This document shows positions 19,212 through 27,426 of a stretch of DNA of 64,000 bases, piece after piece. Source of the DNA: Bacteroidota bacterium (GTDB lineage: Bacteria > Bacteroidota > Bacteroidia > AKYH767-A > JAHEYN01); contig CANFOZ010000004.1 in assembly GCA_947448795.1 (NCBI GenBank), positions 4,086 to 68,085 of the forward strand, given 5' to 3'. The notes under the pieces are model-generated. The model was not told the origin of the DNA. It made no database searches and worked only from the letters and a program-made list of their open reading frames with translations. The first letter of the stretch is position 1; each line of letters begins with the position of its first letter. The position numbers and the translations under genes were made by a program.

Positions 19212-19544
19212 TCAAGTCCATAAAATACAAAGGCCAAACCATGTATAGCCAGCCAGTTTTAATGAGCGAATTGGTATTGCACTTGTGACCTCCTGCTTGT
19301 TAATCAACAAATCGGTGATGACCCAGCCAAAGAGAATAGAAAAGAAAAAAACACTTTTTTGACCAAATATGGAGACATAACCTCTCAAAAATGGAATATC
19401 ATTACACGATTCGTTTCCTTCCCTTTTTTTATAAAATTCAACAGGATGCACATAAACTAGCGTTGCAGCTCTTGCGCGAAACAGGGATGGGCTTTTGAAA
19501 TTAAATTTAGTTTTCAACTTCTCTATATTTAGCAGGGCTTCCAA
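19212..19544 (-). CDS. Hypothetical small protein with two C-terminal hydrophobic segments (uncertain)
   Basis: This is the only ORF filling the 306-nt gap between the acetyltransferase and aminotransferase genes on the operon strand. It overlaps the upstream gene by 38 nt and has no recognisable motif. Confidence 0.3.
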   Translation of the reverse strand: MEALLNIEKLKTKFNFKSPSLFRARAATLVYVHPVEFYKKREGNESCNDIPFLRGYVSIFGQKSVFFFSILFGWVITDLLINKQEVTSAIPIRSLKLAGYTWFGLCILWT

Positions 19545-20151
19545 AGTACAAACCGGATTTTGTCAATGTTTTTACAACTAGTGTTCCTGCACCTGTGCGC
19601 ACATAATCGGCAAGCTCGATGTTGTCTATAAGAATGGAGCCTATTCCAATTACACATCCAATCCCAATCTTGGTAAAACCTGCAATTTTAACAGCAGGTG
19701 ATACAAAGGAATGCGCTCCTACTTTTGAATCATGGGCAATCACAACCCCGGTGTTCAATAACACATTCTCTGCTAAAACAACATTGCGATCTAAAACACA
19801 ACCAGGCAAAACAAAGCAGCCAGCGCTAATATGAACCGAAGGGTCTATACTAGCAGAGGGATGAATAACGGTTGCGAATGGAATTCCCTTACTAAAATCA
19901 GTAAATACAGATTCTCGAAAAGACATGTGATTATAACCAATGCCAACCATTAATTCATCAAAAACGCCTGCTGCATAATCAGCACGAAGCTGTGCGATTT
20001 TTCCTAGAATCGGAAAACCAGCACGTAGCTCTGATGAATCAACATAGTCATCATAAAAACCGACGACACGAAAGCTAGGCAATAATGATGCATGATGAGC
20101 AATCAACTGGCCGAGGTCTGATGATCCGATTATCGCTAAGCGCTTATTCAT
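19507..20151 (-). CDS. NeuD/PglD-type sugar acetyltransferase (left-handed beta-helix)
   Basis: N-terminal Rossmann-like MNKRLAIIGSSDLG and C-terminal hexapeptide repeats (GAHSFVSPAVKIAGFTKIGIGCVIGIGSIL). Confidence 0.85.
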   Translation of the reverse strand: MNKRLAIIGSSDLGQLIAHHASLLPSFRVVGFYDDYVDSSELRAGFPILGKIAQLRADYAAGVFDELMVGIGYNHMSFRESVFTDFSKGIPFATVIHPSASIDPSVHISAGCFVLPGCVLDRNVVLAENVLLNTGVVIAHDSKVGAHSFVSPAVKIAGFTKIGIGCVIGIGSILIDNIELADYVRTGAGTLVVKTLTKSGLYFGSPAKYREVEN

Positions 20152-21079
20152 AAAAATTAGTCATTTCTTTTATTGAAAACAAAGGTCTTGCTTTTACCTC
20201 CTTATAAATCTTGCCAATATAAATGGCAGCCAATCCAATAAAAAACAACAGTATTCCAGTTGCACCAATAATGGTAATAATTATGGAGGGCCATCCCAAT
20301 TGAAATTGAATAAAGAAAAGTCGTAAAACAACAATTGTTATAAGCGCAAAAAAAGCAGAGAACATTAAATAAAAACCCAAGCGCACAGCCATCTTTAGTG
20401 GAATTTCTGAAAAGTCAAAAATGGCATCGAAGGCCAACTTCATTTTGCGATTGAAGTTAAACTTGCTTACTCCGGCAAAACGTTCACGCTGTTTTATCTC
20501 TAATGTTGTTTGCTTAAGTCCTATATGCATAAACATACCTTCAATAAAACGACTCTGCTCGTTGTATTTGAGAAAAGACGCAGCAAATCGCCGATTAAAA
20601 ATACGCATGACTGCGATGCCTTTTGGTATGTTCAAACCCGTGAACTTGTCTAATACCCACCAGAAGAGACCTGATAATACTACATTAATAAAAGAGTCTT
20701 TCTTCTCCTGTCTTTTTCCAAAAACCAAATCAAAACCTTTTTCAATCTCCTCAATAAAGCGCGGAATCTCATCTGGTGGATCTTGTAAATCAGGATCCAT
20801 ATATAACAAATAATCTCCTTTTGCATAGGTAATTCCAGCTGTAACCGCCAACTGCTTCCCGTGATTATAAGACAGCTCTATAAGTTTTATATGCGTGTTT
20901 GTTAGTGCAGCTTTTTTAATCAACCCAACCGTATTGTCTCGGCTTCCATCATCCACAAAAATGTACTCGTGTTGATAACGCTCTTTTAGCAGACTAAAAA
21001 CAGCATCCACTTCTTCGATGAAACGCAGTATACATGCTTCTTCAAAATAGACGGGCACAACCAAGGATACCAACTTCAT
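20144..21079 (-). CDS. Family 2 glycosyltransferase, polyprenyl-phosphate sugar transferase type (ArnC/GtrB/DPM1-like)
   Basis: VVPVYFEE, DDGSRDNT and DPDLQDPP (DXD) motifs, plus two C-terminal TM helices (LGFYLMFSAFFALITIVVL, IIITIIGATGILLFFIGLAAIYI). Confidence 0.85.
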   Translation of the reverse strand: MKLVSLVVPVYFEEACILRFIEEVDAVFSLLKERYQHEYIFVDDGSRDNTVGLIKKAALTNTHIKLIELSYNHGKQLAVTAGITYAKGDYLLYMDPDLQDPPDEIPRFIEEIEKGFDLVFGKRQEKKDSFINVVLSGLFWWVLDKFTGLNIPKGIAVMRIFNRRFAASFLKYNEQSRFIEGMFMHIGLKQTTLEIKQRERFAGVSKFNFNRKMKLAFDAIFDFSEIPLKMAVRLGFYLMFSAFFALITIVVLRLFFIQFQLGWPSIIITIIGATGILLFFIGLAAIYIGKIYKEVKARPLFSIKEMTNFYE

Positions 21080-21087
21080 AATTCTGT

Positions 21088-21741
21088 TTATTTTGCGTTT
21101 AATGTATGTAACAAACTTGGCACCTCATGGAATGAAATGATTCGATTTTTGAAGGCAGGATAGAATAAATCCCTATCCATAAGATACGCATGAATTCCAA
21201 GACGCTGAGCTGGCTCAATATCAAGCTTTAACGAATCTCCAATATACAAAACCTCCTCGCCTTGCAAGCCAAGTTTGTTTAATGCATAGTGATAGAATTC
21301 TACATTGGGCTTTCTCAGCTGCTCTTCCTCCGAACTTATAACATACGCTAATTCAAAAGCGAGCAAGCCTTTTAAAAGCGGTGCCAATCCTGTGTTAAAA
21401 TTGGAAAGCACAGAAATTGGTAATTGGTTTTTTTCAAGTCCTTCAACATCCTCGAATACTTTCCAAGGGAGATAGCTACAAGCCTTGAATAGATCTTCTA
21501 AGAGCTCCGCATGCGGAATTATTCCAACAGCAAACAGCAACTCAGTATTGAATAATCGATAAAAATCAGCATCCGTACGATCAGGAAACAGCGTGGATTC
21601 AGATAGCATTTTATGCGCGTGTTTTAACTTTCCGGCATCAACAGAATAACCATGATGCACAATAACCCCATGCATACGCGACCACAAATCGGGTTTGTGA
21701 ATTAGTGTATTGGCGGCGTCAATTAAAAGTGCGCGGATCAT
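21088..21741 (-). CDS. HAD-superfamily hydrolase (subfamily IA-like)
   Basis: LLIDAANTLI (motif I variant), SNFN, and YIGDSLKLDIEPAQRLG (motif IV). Confidence 0.75.
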   Translation of the reverse strand: MIRALLIDAANTLIHKPDLWSRMHGVIVHHGYSVDAGKLKHAHKMLSESTLFPDRTDADFYRLFNTELLFAVGIIPHAELLEDLFKACSYLPWKVFEDVEGLEKNQLPISVLSNFNTGLAPLLKGLLAFELAYVISSEEEQLRKPNVEFYHYALNKLGLQGEEVLYIGDSLKLDIEPAQRLGIHAYLMDRDLFYPAFKNRIISFHEVPSLLHTLNAK

Positions 21742-21743
21742 GA

Positions 21744-22703
21744 TTAAAAGATATAGGATTGAGTATCATCGCCATGCTCTGGATAGATTATGTCCATTAG
21801 AATACGAATAGCTCGGCCTGGCTTTACATTCGGTTTATCGGGTTCTTGTCCGTAAAGATACTCCTGCAAGGTGTAATAAACATCTTTAAAGCCAAACTGC
21901 GAGCGAATGGAATTCGTACCGGATATTCTGCAATTTACCTCAAAAGGAATAATACGGCCATCTTCAGTCACAATGGATTGCAGATTAGCACCTCCCCTAA
22001 TTTCAATGGTTTTAAGCATCGATTCTAAAATAACTTGCACCTGCTTGTCATATTTGCTGATTACTTCGCAATCCATAGTTGTTCCATGCTCCAAGTTTCG
22101 ACTCAACGTTATGTGACCATGTAAAACACCGTTTTTATTTACATAAAAAGCAGATGTAATCTCTTGACCTCTGTGAAACTCTTGTATTACATAGGTATCG
22201 TCTGAAAATGCAGCAGCTTCTGATGGATTAATAACTAATCCTCGAGATCCTCTGCCCTCGCGAGGCTTAGCTATGCATTCTTTAAACTGCCCTTTATAGG
22301 CAGAAGGCAAAATCGAATCAGCAAAAGGTATATTGAACGCACGATGATGCTCAAAACTCTTGTATTTATCAAGATAAATACTAGCCGCATTTGCACCTGA
22401 AACAGCGATAGAACAAGAAATAGATTCCTTTGCTAATGCTAGATGATAGACCTCATAATCCGTCGATGGTATAATTAAGTCAGCCTTTACTTCCTTTACT
22501 ATTGAACTCATTTGTTCTATATAGCCTGGAGCATAAGCTGGCAAAACCGTATACACCTTATCGCAGAAATGATTCCCTGCAGAAAAGGAAATCGTATTTG
22601 TACCAATAAGCTGTATGGGCAAGCCCGAGGCTTTAATATTTCGAAGAATCCCCTGGCCTACATTGCCCCCAATTCCTGTAACTAATACTGTCCTTTTATC
22701 CAT
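21744..22703 (-). CDS. ATP-grasp domain protein (carboxylate-amine ligase type)
   Basis: KPREGRGSRGL and FEVNCRISGT (E-x-N) motifs, with an N-terminal Rossmann-like VLVTGIGGNVGQG. Confidence 0.75.
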   Translation of the reverse strand: MDKRTVLVTGIGGNVGQGILRNIKASGLPIQLIGTNTISFSAGNHFCDKVYTVLPAYAPGYIEQMSSIVKEVKADLIIPSTDYEVYHLALAKESISCSIAVSGANAASIYLDKYKSFEHHRAFNIPFADSILPSAYKGQFKECIAKPREGRGSRGLVINPSEAAAFSDDTYVIQEFHRGQEITSAFYVNKNGVLHGHITLSRNLEHGTTMDCEVISKYDKQVQVILESMLKTIEIRGGANLQSIVTEDGRIIPFEVNCRISGTNSIRSQFGFKDVYYTLQEYLYGQEPDKPNVKPGRAIRILMDIIYPEHGDDTQSYIF

Positions 22704-23536
22704 TGAATAAGTTCTAATAGGCTTTCAACTACATTTTTCTCACTACGCCAATGCAAACGACTTCGCGTTTCGGCTCCATCAAAACTAGAGGAAAAAACCG
22801 GGTCGCTTCCTTGGTGCTCGATGCGAACATCGGATATCATTTTCTGAAGCTCTCGGGCTATTTCAATATTGGAGTATGATGTGCCAGAAACCGCTAAAAA
22901 AACACCGTTCTCGACAGACCTTGCAGCAGCATAAAAACAAGCTGCTACATCGTCAACATGAATGTAATCTTGCTTTCTAGAGCCATCCCCATAGATCACA
23001 ATCTCTTTCTTTTGAAGCGCATTTTGAATAATCAACGGCAAAAACGTGTTGCGTTTCATACCGGGCCCAAACATAGAAGAGATGCGCAAAATAGCATACG
23101 AATCACAAGCTGAAACAATCTTTTCGGCCCATAGTTTACTTAGTCCATAGGCGGAAACTTCATTTTGGACTGCATGTTCATTAACGGTTTGTGTCATAAC
23201 GCCATAAACAGAAACACTAGAGGCATGCACGATGCGTGCAGACGGAAATTGCTTTATAACATTTTCCAATAAGCGAACATTTGTTGCAAAAAGTGCTTCT
23301 TGATTTATATTCTGATTTGTTGGGATATAAGCACTGACAAAACAAACAACGGTATAAACATCGTCAAACTCATGCAGCTCTTCAACGGGCTTGCTTAGGA
23401 CAAAGCTTGGTATTCGATCTTTCTGAATGTGGTGTATACCATGCACATCGAAATGCGTCTTCAGCTTTTCAGCTATAGACACGCCCAAAATACTATTTAT
23501 TCCAACGATTAATGCCTTTTCTCGAGCATTCGACAT
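22682..23536 (-). CDS. NAD-dependent epimerase/dehydratase family (extended SDR)
   Basis: VGINSILG nucleotide-binding turn and a SAYGLSK (YxxxK) catalytic motif. Confidence 0.8.
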   Translation of the reverse strand: MSNAREKALIVGINSILGVSIAEKLKTHFDVHGIHHIQKDRIPSFVLSKPVEELHEFDDVYTVVCFVSAYIPTNQNINQEALFATNVRLLENVIKQFPSARIVHASSVSVYGVMTQTVNEHAVQNEVSAYGLSKLWAEKIVSACDSYAILRISSMFGPGMKRNTFLPLIIQNALQKKEIVIYGDGSRKQDYIHVDDVAACFYAAARSVENGVFLAVSGTSYSNIEIARELQKMISDVRIEHQGSDPVFSSSFDGAETRSRLHWRSEKNVVESLLELIQWIKGQY

Positions 23537-23628
23537 GTAGAGCCAATTAAGACCACAAATTACCGAAAATTACACTAACGGAAATACTTCCATCCAAGAT
23601 AATTACCAACGCTTATCAGTTGGTGGAA

Positions 23629-24198
23629 TTATTTACTTTGATCAAGTGCTAACTGTACCTGCTCTTTTAAATGGTCAAACTCTTCCGGTTTGTATAATCG
23701 TGTTAAAAACAAAACCTTTCCAGATCGGCCTATTAAAACATTTCGCGTAACACCGCTTTTCTTATCGGCAAATAAGCCAAAAACAGCCGCTCCCGGATCC
23801 AAGCCAAGTGGATAGGTGATTTTAGTGGAATTGCGCAGCTCTTCAAGCTTTGCAAGAGGTTCATCTCTATCAACGCCTATGAATAGCAAACCTGCATCCT
23901 TGTGTTTTTGCCAAATATCGGCTTCAAGAAATGGCATTTCTTGCCTGCAAACACTGCACCAACTAGCGGTGAACTGCAAAAGTATCACCTCGCCTTTATG
24001 TTCACTAAGTTTAAACCGCTTTCCTGAATCTAAAACAAGCTCAAAATCAGGTGCTGTATCACCCACCTGAATCATAAAGCCTAAAGAATCAGCAGCGTGT
24101 TTTATTGGCGCAATGGACTGCGCTTGAATAACACACGCAATAAGCAGACCCTGTACTGTAAAAAACAAGGATCGCAGGCTTAATGATCGATTGCACAT
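23629..24198 (-). CDS. TlpA/ResA-family periplasmic thiol-disulfide oxidoreductase
   Basis: Signal peptide and a thioredoxin-fold WCSVC motif (encoded at 23947-23958). 189 aa. Confidence 0.8.
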   Translation of the reverse strand: MCNRSLSLRSLFFTVQGLLIACVIQAQSIAPIKHAADSLGFMIQVGDTAPDFELVLDSGKRFKLSEHKGEVILLQFTASWCSVCRQEMPFLEADIWQKHKDAGLLFIGVDRDEPLAKLEELRNSTKITYPLGLDPGAAVFGLFADKKSGVTRNVLIGRSGKVLFLTRLYKPEEFDHLKEQVQLALDQSK

Positions 24199-24203
24199 AA
24201 TTA

Positions 24204-25790
24204 TCAGTTTGTAATTACAAGTTTTTTCACGCTCTGCTTAAGCCCATCGCTTAATGTTATAAAATAACATCCTGAAGGCAGGCCGCTCACCGAATACTGA
24301 TACTGAAAATCACCCGCTAAAAAGTCCTTTTCATCAAAAAAAACCTTGACCTTTTTACCTAGCATGTCGCTTGCAAACATCGTTAATCGTCTTGGTTTAG
24401 CTAAATAAAAGTGTGAAACAAGCAGCGATTCGGCTGGATTCGGACCTAGCATGAAGTCAAAATCTGGCGCAGGAACGGGATTAACAATCCCCGTTAAATC
24501 AACTAAAGGTGAATTATCAAGACTGATATTTTCATCACCATTCATGTAAACAGAAAACTCAAAAAAAGTAATCATCATCTCATCACCAGTTCCTTCACCT
24601 GCATAAACATTACCCGGAGGGTTAATTGGATTGTTTAAATTGGCAGTCGTATTATCGTAAAAAGCGGCAGACAACAAGCGGGTACCATCAGGAACTCGAA
24701 TCACATTCCGAAATTGATACGCCCCTTGCCAATCAAATTTCCAGTTCGGTATATCAACAAAAGGAATAGTGTCGCCAGACGGTGTAACCCCGCAAGCAGA
24801 AATCGACTTACCAACCCAATGCATGTGAGGGGCAACACCTAAAAGAGCCAAGTCAGCACCTGCATTTATCGTATACGTCTCGTGAAAGCTGCGCGTTGTA
24901 TTTGCAGGTATCATTAATGGCCCATCCGTCATGTTACTTGAGTGATTCAGAGCTGGCGAGAAATACATCGGCCTTGAAAAACCAGCGGTATTGTAAAACA
25001 CATTCATGTGCGAGGCATCAGTTAGACCAAGCGAACCTGGCGCGTAATGAAATTGCAATACAATATCTGCATTGGCCGGAATCTGAAAGGCAAATGCATC
25101 GGGTAAAACAAAAGGGGATGAACCCGGAACCCAAGCGCCAATCAAGTTCGCATTCGGTGTACCTACCCCTCCAAAACCTACATAGCCCGGTGCTGGATCT
25201 GCGGCATCTAAATTGGCGCATGTTCCTGTAGTGTCCCAAAAAACAAGAACATGATGAACAATCGCTTGATTACCTGGAATAAATTCTAAACACTTTATTT
25301 TCTTTTGTTGAGTAAAGCCAGATGGAATAGCGAAACAACGATATTCATCGGTACTCATACCAACGCTGTAAGCCGGTGTATTAATAATAGTGTCGGGTAT
25401 GCCCACTTGACTTGTATTTGAATAAACAGGTACCGACGGAGCTGTCGCTAAATCCCCGGTAGGCATGCCCCCCACCACAAAAGCTTGAATCTTTTGAATC
25501 TCTGCCACACTTAACAAACGCTCGTGAGCCAATCTTCTATATGCCGGGTCTGGAGGCCATGGAGGCATCTTCCGACTCAGCACATTATCGAGTATATGTG
25601 CCGCATTGGATGAAAAATCAGAATACGACTCGATCACAAAGGGCGCAATAGCACCCGCATGGTGACACGATGTGCATTTTGAATAAACAATTGGTGCAAC
25701 ATCGGCACTCCAAGTGGGAGTCTGCCCTTTCACGCTTCCGATAATTAAAAGAAAGACGAAAACTACGGCAACACGAATAGCTTTTTTCAT
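24204..25790 (-). CDS. Secreted haem-c domain / PHM-DBH-like copper monooxygenase-like protein with T9SS C-terminal sorting domain
   Basis: Signal peptide; CTSCH (CXXCH, encoded at 25662-25676) followed by RKMPPWPPD; a His/Met pattern of HH179-180, H248, HMH322-324 and MM405-406 spaced as in two-copper monooxygenases; and a C-terminal GPNPA...YFITL...LVITN sorting domain. Confidence 0.65.
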   Translation of the reverse strand: MKKAIRVAVVFVFLLIIGSVKGQTPTWSADVAPIVYSKCTSCHHAGAIAPFVIESYSDFSSNAAHILDNVLSRKMPPWPPDPAYRRLAHERLLSVAEIQKIQAFVVGGMPTGDLATAPSVPVYSNTSQVGIPDTIINTPAYSVGMSTDEYRCFAIPSGFTQQKKIKCLEFIPGNQAIVHHVLVFWDTTGTCANLDAADPAPGYVGFGGVGTPNANLIGAWVPGSSPFVLPDAFAFQIPANADIVLQFHYAPGSLGLTDASHMNVFYNTAGFSRPMYFSPALNHSSNMTDGPLMIPANTTRSFHETYTINAGADLALLGVAPHMHWVGKSISACGVTPSGDTIPFVDIPNWKFDWQGAYQFRNVIRVPDGTRLLSAAFYDNTTANLNNPINPPGNVYAGEGTGDEMMITFFEFSVYMNGDENISLDNSPLVDLTGIVNPVPAPDFDFMLGPNPAESLLVSHFYLAKPRRLTMFASDMLGKKVKVFFDEKDFLAGDFQYQYSVSGLPSGCYFITLSDGLKQSVKKLVITN

Positions 25791-27304
25791 TCTGTTTTGT
25801 TTTTTTGACTATGGTAAAGATAAAGAATACAATCGTACGAATCAGTCACTCGCTCAGCCCCCTTTAATGAAATCAATGACTGTTTTTTATCAGAAGACAA
25901 ACGCCCTTTTTCTTCTAAATAACCATTCGCAACCAAGCTATTATAAATACTTGCACTTTGGAATATTTGCTTTGCTGGAACTAGTACGTAAATAGTTTTT
26001 TTCGTTTCACCTAATTGATCACACTGCAACACAAGACCGGATGGACCTTCTGTTAACCGAAAATCCGAAGCGCCTAATTTAACAGCATAGTAATAGCGCG
26101 CATCACCTATGACAACCGAAGAAGCGGGTACTTTACTTGACACAAATGCATTAATTTTATTAGGAGATCGTTGATCCCATTCGGCTATCAGCTTGTCCAT
26201 TTTTACTAGAAAAAAACCAATGCCAATAAGGAGAAGAAAACCAGGCACTAGATAACTCCATAAGCTCGAAAAACGAGCCTTGTAATAAACACTTACTTCA
26301 ACAATAAAAAACAAACAGAATGGAATAATATATATATAATAAACACCTACTTCAAAGACCAAAATGTAAAATGCAAAAACATTGAGTATTGCAAGCAAAA
26401 CGGGCTTAGTCAAGATCTTCCTGGGCTCGCCAAAGAGAGTTAGACATAAGCAAAGCAAAAAGGCAGCCATAAGTGCTAATTGCGCCGGAAGGTAATTACT
26501 CACGCGATAACCCAATAGAAAATTGCCACCTATAAATCGGTCGGACGAATGCGCAGCTCCTAATACAGCTGTCAATTTAGCAAGGGAGCCAAAAGCATAC
26601 AGAAACCAAATTAGAAAAGGCACGCTAAAAATAAGAGTAGAAATAAGCACTTCGCGGACTGTCTGCAAATCTCTTCTCTTCACTAAACGAAGCACCATCA
26701 AAATTGCGATGGACAGCAGCAAGAAACCCGAACGGGGTGTTGTTAAAACCCCCATAGCCCCAAAGATTGCTGTCAAGCCCAAATCAAACATGCGAGACAA
26801 GGGTTGCTGCTTGTTTTCAGAACGCAGAAAAAAGTAGGAGGCGCCAAGCATCCAGCACGTTGCCATTAAGTCCATGCGCCCGCCATGCATGCTAGAAAAA
26901 ACACCCGGCTCAAAAAGCAACATAAGCAAACACAATAAAACAGCGAAATCGCCTCCTCGCGAAAAGGCCTTGAAGAAGCGCAATGCAACAAAAATCATAA
27001 CAAAACCTGAAAGCAACGACACCAAACGATATTGAACTATTCCAAAACCAAAAAACCGCTCAAATAGGGATGCTAAAAAGAAAAAATTAGGACCATAAAA
27101 CAAGACCTCTTGACCATGGAGCCTGTTTGGCAAAACCTCACAAACAAAATGCCCCGTTGTTCTTAATGAATGAGCTACACTGGAGAACATGACTTCGTCT
27201 AACCACGGCATCGGTGAAATCGACAAGGTAATACAATGGTATATCCCAAAAAAAAGAATCAAAACAACCGGGAGTAATAACCGGAGCTGGAAGAGGGATT
27301 TCAA
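25787..27304 (-). CDS. GT-C fold glycosyltransferase (ArnT/PMT-like, family 39/83 type)
   Basis: At least 10 hydrophobic segments, a first-loop PWLDEVMF (DE motif) and a soluble C-terminal part. TTG start. Its TGA overlaps the next ATG (ATGA at 25787-25790). Confidence 0.7.
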   Translation of the reverse strand: MKSLFQLRLLLPVVLILFFGIYHCITLSISPMPWLDEVMFSSVAHSLRTTGHFVCEVLPNRLHGQEVLFYGPNFFFLASLFERFFGFGIVQYRLVSLLSGFVMIFVALRFFKAFSRGGDFAVLLCLLMLLFEPGVFSSMHGGRMDLMATCWMLGASYFFLRSENKQQPLSRMFDLGLTAIFGAMGVLTTPRSGFLLLSIAILMVLRLVKRRDLQTVREVLISTLIFSVPFLIWFLYAFGSLAKLTAVLGAAHSSDRFIGGNFLLGYRVSNYLPAQLALMAAFLLCLCLTLFGEPRKILTKPVLLAILNVFAFYILVFEVGVYYIYIIPFCLFFIVEVSVYYKARFSSLWSYLVPGFLLLIGIGFFLVKMDKLIAEWDQRSPNKINAFVSSKVPASSVVIGDARYYYAVKLGASDFRLTEGPSGLVLQCDQLGETKKTIYVLVPAKQIFQSASIYNSLVANGYLEEKGRLSSDKKQSLISLKGAERVTDSYDCILYLYHSQKNKTE

Positions 27305-27332
27305 TTCAATACGTATTTAAAAATAGCTAGCG

Positions 27333-27340
27333 CAAAGTTA
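27333..27340 (-). promoter_or_regulatory. Candidate -7 promoter box (TAACTTTG) heading the long minus-strand cluster
   Basis: The minus strand reads TAACTTTG, 28 nt upstream of the GT-C start, in a divergent intergenic region. Confidence 0.45.
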
Positions 27341-27426
27341 TTAAAATTAAAAAAGCAAGCATCATTGACAAAGCCAAGGAATGGGTATGGATAATAATTA
27401 ATAACTTGCAGAGAGGATCAAGCAAT

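Noticed and set aside
23607-23624. The hairpin CCAAC-N8-GTTGG after the tlpA-like gene, as a possible terminator splitting the cluster.
   Set aside because: The stem is only 5 bp, the loop is 8 nt, and no T-run follows on the coding strand. That is not enough to call a terminator. The operon break at this 92-nt gap remains open.
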